From Dictyostelium discoideum (taxonomy: Eukaryota), in NCBI GenBank assembly GCA_000004695.1, contig CM000153.2:2496001-2560000 (forward strand): a stretch of 64,000 nucleotides of DNA, read 5' to 3'. Under the pieces are notes generated by a model. That model was given only the letters and a program-made list of their open reading frames with translations, did no database searches and had not been told where the DNA came from. Position numbers and translations under genes: made by a program. Positions 59,001 through 64,000 of the stretch are shown one piece after another. Each line of letters starts with the position of its first letter. The stretch's first letter is position 1.

Positions 59001-59903
59001 ACTAGTAAACGTCCACTCTTAACACCAGATCGTATCACTCAAATCTTCTCTACCATTGAAAACATTCAAAATCATAATTCCATCTTCTCTGATGGTCTTA
59101 CCTCTCGTATTAAGAGATGGTTGGCCGATAATAAAAAGGATCATTTAATCATTGGTGATATTTTCCAAAAGATTGGTGGTTTCATGCAAGACTATAGTAA
59201 ATACATCAACAACTACAATCAATCCATTAAAACCTACAATGAAACTAAAAAGACCAATCTTCCATTCGCTCAATTCATTAAAAAGGTTGAGTCCGATCCA
59301 GAATTGAATGATCGTGAATTGGAGAATCTTTTAATTACACCAGTTCAACAGCTACCACGTTACATTATGTTAATTCAAGATTTAATTCGTAATACTCATG
59401 ATGATCATCCAGATTATAAACCATTGACTGAAGCTTTGGATAAGATTAAACATATTACCACCATCATCAATGAAAAGAAGAGAGATGCCGAAGACGCTTT
59501 TGCAATGTTACAAATTCATCAACAAGTTCACGGTAAAGTACCAAATAATTTCGTTACTCCACATCGTAAATTCATTCGTGAAGGTGCCGTTCATTTCGGT
59601 TCTTCAAGTGGTTCTTTCAAAGATAAAGATCCAATCGTTTTCCTTTTCAATGATATGGTAATGATGACAATTAAACATCCAAACAAACCAAATGAATACA
59701 AATATCGTTACTCTTGTCAATTCTCTACCACTACCACCATCGAAGAACTTCCAAGTGTTAACAATGGTTTCATCATTAAATCAAACCAATGGTGGTCTTT
59801 CTCTTGTTCAACTCCACAAGAAAAAACTTCTTGGATGGAAACAATTCAAAAATCTTTAACAAATTTACCAAAAGAATCAAAAGTTTTAACTTCAAAAAAA
59901 TAA
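56011..59903 (+). CDS. armadillo-repeat protein with central Glu/Lys/Arg-rich coiled coil and C-terminal DH (RhoGEF)-PH module; 3 exons, about 1215 aa
   Basis: join(56011..56326,56469..56783,56887..59903). Donors GTAAGT x2; acceptors aatag / tttag; phases 1 and 1 are consistent. ARM-like repeats: ...AIRRCKGLETLASMLSG...ALSNMAVD...; GVITLLVEMIQLPSAEVRREAARALANA...; GGVKLCVDLLLQADKELVKQAARALVNLA... A roughly 250-aa EEERLR/KEKE coiled coil follows. DH domain: IVQEIMQVEVNYVKNLTLMVRKFLHPL...IFSTIENIQNHNSIFSDGL...LITPVQQLPRYIMLIQDLIRNT. PH-like C-terminus: REGAVHF...WWSFSCSTPQEKTSWMETIQKSL. Confidence 0.8.
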
Positions 59904-60089
59904 ATTAATTAATCAATAATAATAATTTTAATATTTTTAGTTCAACTTTTTTAAAAAAAAAATAAAATATAAATAAAAAAATAAACATGTAGTTTTTATC
60001 TATAAATAAAAAAATAAACACAATCTTTTTTTTTTTTTTTATAATTATGTATATATATTGGTTTTATTTATTTATTTATTATTTTAAAT

Positions 60090-60496
60090 TTATTTTTCAT
60101 CAAAATAAATTCCTTCTTCAGTTCTCCATTTAGTATCTTCATTTTTAGATTTACCACCAGAGATTTCGATTTGACCAGGAATTGGATTTTGATATTTTGC
60201 GCTTTCAATTGCTTGTAAATAAGTTTTTGTATCTGCATGTTTGAAACGAACGACTTGACCTCTCATCCATTCTTTTCCACTTTCAGTTTCAACGATCCAA
60301 TTATCACCTGTATCACCTTCTCCATTTTCACCAAAACAACTAACTTCATTTTGTTTGGTTAATGGTGAAACTGCTAAATGACTATGTAAATTCTTTTTAG
60401 TATTTGAATGAACCAATCTAATTATATCTCCATTCTTAACAACAGTGCTGTATATATTTTTTTTTAATGAATTAATTTTATAATTAATAACTTTAG

Positions 60497-60588
<92 letters not shown>

Positions 60589-61087
60589 CCTTGTAATACA
60601 CGATTACCATGTGGTCCTTTGATAACCCAAAGACTATTTGTATCATCATTTTCTGGGAAACCAGTAACAGATTGTTGGCCACTACCACCACCACTACTAC
60701 CATAACTAACTTTATGTGAATGGAGTCTGAAATTAGTTGGAACATGAGCTAATTTAACCATACTTCCATATGTTACTTTGGTTACTATTAAATGATAATG
60801 GTAATGGTAATGATAATGATAATGATGAAAATGAAATGATAATGATCCAAATTAATACAGTTTTGATGATTTTTTTTAATTGTAAATGAATGTTTGAAAA
60901 TAATGTTTAATAGTAATAATAATAAAAATAATAATAATAAAAAATTGAGTTAGTGAATAATTTTACTTTTTTTATTATTTTTTTTTTTTTTTAATTACTC
61001 ACTTGGATGGTCTTCATATTGTGATTCGTTTGCAAAAATTAATGGAATAGTAATACATAAAATTAAAATTAAAAATAAACTCTTCAT
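60090..61087 (-). CDS. SDF2 (stromal cell-derived factor 2)-like ER protein with three MIR domains, 3 exons, about 212 aa
   Basis: join(61087..61003,60784..60589,60447..60090). Exon 1 is MKSLFLILILCITIPLIFANESQYEDHP (signal peptide), ending at donor GTGAGT. Exon 2 is (I)TKVTYGSMVKLAHVPTNFRLHSHKVSYGSSGGGSGQQSVTGFPENDDTNSLWVIKGPHGNRVLQ(G), ending at donor GTATTA. Exon 3 begins TVVKNGDIIRLVHSNTKKNLHSHLAVSPLTKQNEVSCFGENGEGDTGDNWIVE... and carries on through ...RFKHADTKTYLQAIESAKYQNPIPGQIEISGG...WRTEEGIYFDEK*. Matches the SDF2 pattern (RLHSH..YGSGSGQQSVTG ... LHSH...SP.SGN.EVS.FGE.GEGD..D.W). Confidence 0.75.
60500..60587. repeat. (AAT)n microsatellite (about 29 units) filling most of SDF2-like intron 2
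   Basis: Pure aataataat run between donor at 60588 and acceptor at 60448. Confidence 0.9.
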
Positions 61088-61152
61088 TTTTAAATTAATT
61101 TGTTTTTTTGTTAAAAAGAAACTTTTTTATAAAAAAAAAAAAAAAAAAAAAA

Positions 61153-61183
<31 letters not shown>

Positions 61184-61644
61184 TTAAATCCCAAAAAATT
61201 TTTTTGGGTGACGAAGCTCCAATTTTTTAAAAATGTTTGGAAATAATATTTCTTTTTTTTTTTTGTTTTGATTCTAATTACCAAAATAAGTTCAGATTAT
61301 TTTTAAACTTAGTTAGTACTTAAAAAAAAAAAAAAAAAAAAATCAAATATTAAATATCAAATCTTTATCTTATCACCTTTTTTTTATCTTAATCACCTTC
61401 TTTGTGTAATATATTATTATAAAAAAAAAAAAAAAAAAAAAATCAAATATCGAATATCATATCGAATATCAACATTTACCATAATAAAAATAAAAATAAA
61501 ATAAAATGACATCATCACTCTTTATTTTTATTTAAACCAAAAACTAAAAGAAGGTTGACACAAAGGCTGAATAAATTAATTCCCACCATAGTATTTTTTC
61601 CTTCCTACAAGCAAAAAGGTGGGATTTTTTTATTTGTTTAATTT

Positions 61645-61698
<54 letters not shown>

Positions 61699-61757
61699 AA
61701 AATAAAATTTTTTTTTTTAATCACATTTATTAATTTTGGTTGGTTTAAACTAAAAAT

Positions 61758-64000
61758 ATGATCACATCAGGTGGCAACGAAGAAATTGGTGAAAATGAAC
61801 TTGAACCATTATTGGTTAATAATGGGTCAGGGGATTTATCATATTTAAAAAAGTTTGAAAAACAAGAGAATATTGATGAAAATGGAGGAGATGATATGCT
61901 ATTGGTTGATAAAATGGTCGGATACCAATCAATATCATCTAGAGAATTAATTTATTGGTTATCTATACTATTTTCATGTGGAGGTATCTTATTGATATTT
62001 TATTGGTTTGAATCATTTTACATCAACACTCGATTCAAAAAATCTTCAATCTCAAGTGCTAACCACGTTTTAGTTTATTCAAAAGATTCAAGAACTGAAT
62101 TTTGTAAAGTTAATTATTTGGTGGTATATATTTTTTTTTTTTTTTTTTTTTTTTTTACCAATATATTAATAGTATAATTTTTTTTTTTTTTTTTATACTA
62201 ATATATTTTATTGTTGTTATTATTTTAATTTTATTTTTTTTTATTTTTAAAGGAAGAAAATGAAAAATATATAATTTATAGATTTTCAAGATTTTTTTTC
62301 AATGAAAAACTTCAAGAATATGAAAAGACTAAATTAATTAATCAATATGAAAAGATTGATTTTTTAAGATTGGTCGAGAATGGATTAAGTGAAAACAATT
62401 TACAGAGAATGAAACAAAGATTTGGAAGTAATGAAATTAATTTTCCAGTTAAAAATATACCAAGATTATTAATGGAAGAAGTATTACATCCATTCTTTAT
62501 TTTCCAAATTTATAGTGTTTGTTTATGGATAGCAGAAGAGTATTATTATTATGCAGGTGCAATCTTTATAATTGCAACTGTAAGTGCAGTTTTAAGTTTA
62601 AGAGAGATTCGTGGAAATTTATTATCATTACAAAAGATAGCCCATTTTGTATGTCCAGTTAGAGTTGTTAGAAATAATGGTAGAATTGAAACTATTCCCT
62701 CAACAGATTTGGCACCTGGCGATATTATCGAGTTAAAACAAGATTTCATTATGCCATGTGATGCTATCTTATTATCTGGTCAAGCAATTCTTAATGAATC
62801 AATGTTAACAGGTGAATCAATTCCAGTAAATAAATATAGTATCTTAAGTGATGAAGAGATTAAATCATTTAAACAACGTAATAATAATAATCAACAACAA
62901 CAACAAAATATTATTGATATTAGTGATAAAGAAATTAAAGATTTATCAAAAGAAAAACGTTCATTAGTTTTTGGAGGTACAGTTGTTGTTAAACTTTTAT
63001 CATCACCAAGTACAAATGATAGAATTTTATGTATGGTACGTGATACATCATTTCAAACCACCAAAGGTAAACTCATCCTTAGTATTTTATATCCAAAGAA
63101 ATCTCATTTCAAATTCTTTATGGAAAGTTTAAAATTTGTAGGTTTTTTATGCTTTTTAGCTGTTATTGGTTTTTGTATTTCAGTTTGGAAATTAAATTCA
63201 TTAGGTATTGATTTTGGTACTATTGCAATTCGTGCTCTCGATTTAATTACCATTGTTGTTCCACCAGCATTACCAATGGCAATGACAGTAGGTACTGGTT
63301 TTGGTTTATCACGTTTACGTAAAACTAAAGTATTTTGTATTTCACCACCACGTTTAAATATGGCTGGTAAAATTCAAGTATTTTGTTTCGATAAAACTGG
63401 TACTTTAACTGAAGAAGGATTAGATTTATTAGGAATAATTTCAACTTTACAAAGTACAGTAAAACATGTCGATAATATCAATAGTACATCAGAGTATAAA
63501 TTTAATGAACTAAATGATCCAAAGATAACATTCTTTAGTAATACCACTGCAATGTTTAGAGTATTGATGGCATCATGTCATTCTTTAACCGTTATTAATG
63601 GTTCAGTTTCTGGTGATCCATTGGAGATTAAAATTTTTGAATCAACAAATTCAACCATTTTAGATGCTGGTACAATCGGTGGTAGTGGTCAAGTAATTTC
63701 ATTGGTAGCAACAGCATTTTCCTCTCAAGATACTATCTCCTATTTAGAGAATTTCGATTTCCAATCAAAACTTCAAAGAATGAGTGTAATAGTTCAATTA
63801 AAATCTGATAATGCATGCTATAGTCTTGTTAAAGGTAGTCCAGAAATGGTGAAGGGCCTATGTTTCCAACATACAATTCCAAACGATTATGATAGTCAAT
63901 TGGCAATGTATACAGAGAAAGGTTATAGAGTTTTGGCCTGTGCTTACCGTAGTTGGGATCCAACAGTTTTATTCCCAAAAAGAGAACTCCTTCGTAAAGA
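61758..64000 (+). CDS. P5B-type P-type ATPase (ATP13A2/Ypk9-like), 5' part; CDS runs off the 3' end of the window
   Basis: join(61758..62123,62253..>64000). Exon 1 is the N-terminal extension with the extra TM hairpin (IYWLSILFSCGGILLIFYWF) typical of P5 pumps. The donor is GTG|GTATAT or TTG|GTGGTA, and the acceptor is tttaaag. Exon 2 reads EENEKYIIYRF...FIFQIYSVCLWIAEEYYYYAG... (M1-M2), then the actuator TGES, then PPALPMAMTVG (PPALPxA, the P5B signature), then the phosphorylation motif VFCFDKTGTLTEEG at about 63375. It is still open at base 64000. Confidence 0.8.

Overview
The window reads as nuclear genomic DNA from a dictyostelid social amoeba (Dictyostelium discoideum-like). It is about 75-80% A+T, has long poly-A/T intergenic tracts, and has (AAT)n/(CAA)n runs encoding poly-Asn/Gln/Ser. 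Introns are short, AT-rich and of GTAAGT...(T/A)AG type. No prokaryotic features are present (no CRISPR, operons or defence islands). I see no multi-gene 'system' here, and no recognisable transposon ORFs. Exon/intron structures below were worked out by hand from splice-site consensus and reading-frame continuity, so boundaries are approximate (+/- a few nt).

I count about 25 protein-coding genes. The recognisable ones are:
- a partial NDR/LATS-like kinase;
- a twin-CHCH (4x Cx9C) mitochondrial protein;
- a multi-exon receptor with LRR, IPT/TIG and EGF domains and a transmembrane anchor;
- an IscA-type Fe-S assembly protein;
- an eIF4E-family protein with large extensions;
- an atypical E2F/DP-like protein;
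- the nucleolar protein EBP2;
- two divergently arranged 7TM paralogues;
- a COX7C-like micro-exon gene;
- a roughly 1640-aa tuberin/RalGAP-like Rap-GAP protein;
- a roughly 4160-aa MYCBP2/Highwire/RPM-1 (PHR) E3 ligase orthologue;
- phosphatidylinositol synthase;
- a SAM-domain kinase, with a degenerate 5' pseudo-copy about 2.3 kb downstream;
- an armadillo-repeat DH/PH RhoGEF;
- an SDF2-like MIR protein;
- a P5B-type ATPase, cut off at the 3' window edge;
- several secreted or GPI-type Cys/Ser-rich proteins, including a tandem paralogue pair.

The points most worth a second look are:
- a perfect 30-bp inverted repeat that pairs the 5' part of the IscA intron with its 3' splice site and the first 26 nt of exon 2;
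- the SAM-kinase pseudo-duplication;
- the divergent 7TM paralogue pair, in which one copy has lost its ectodomain exons;
- the amoebozoan PHR protein, which keeps the RING and C-terminal cysteine module;
- an assembly gap flanked by a local tandem duplication.
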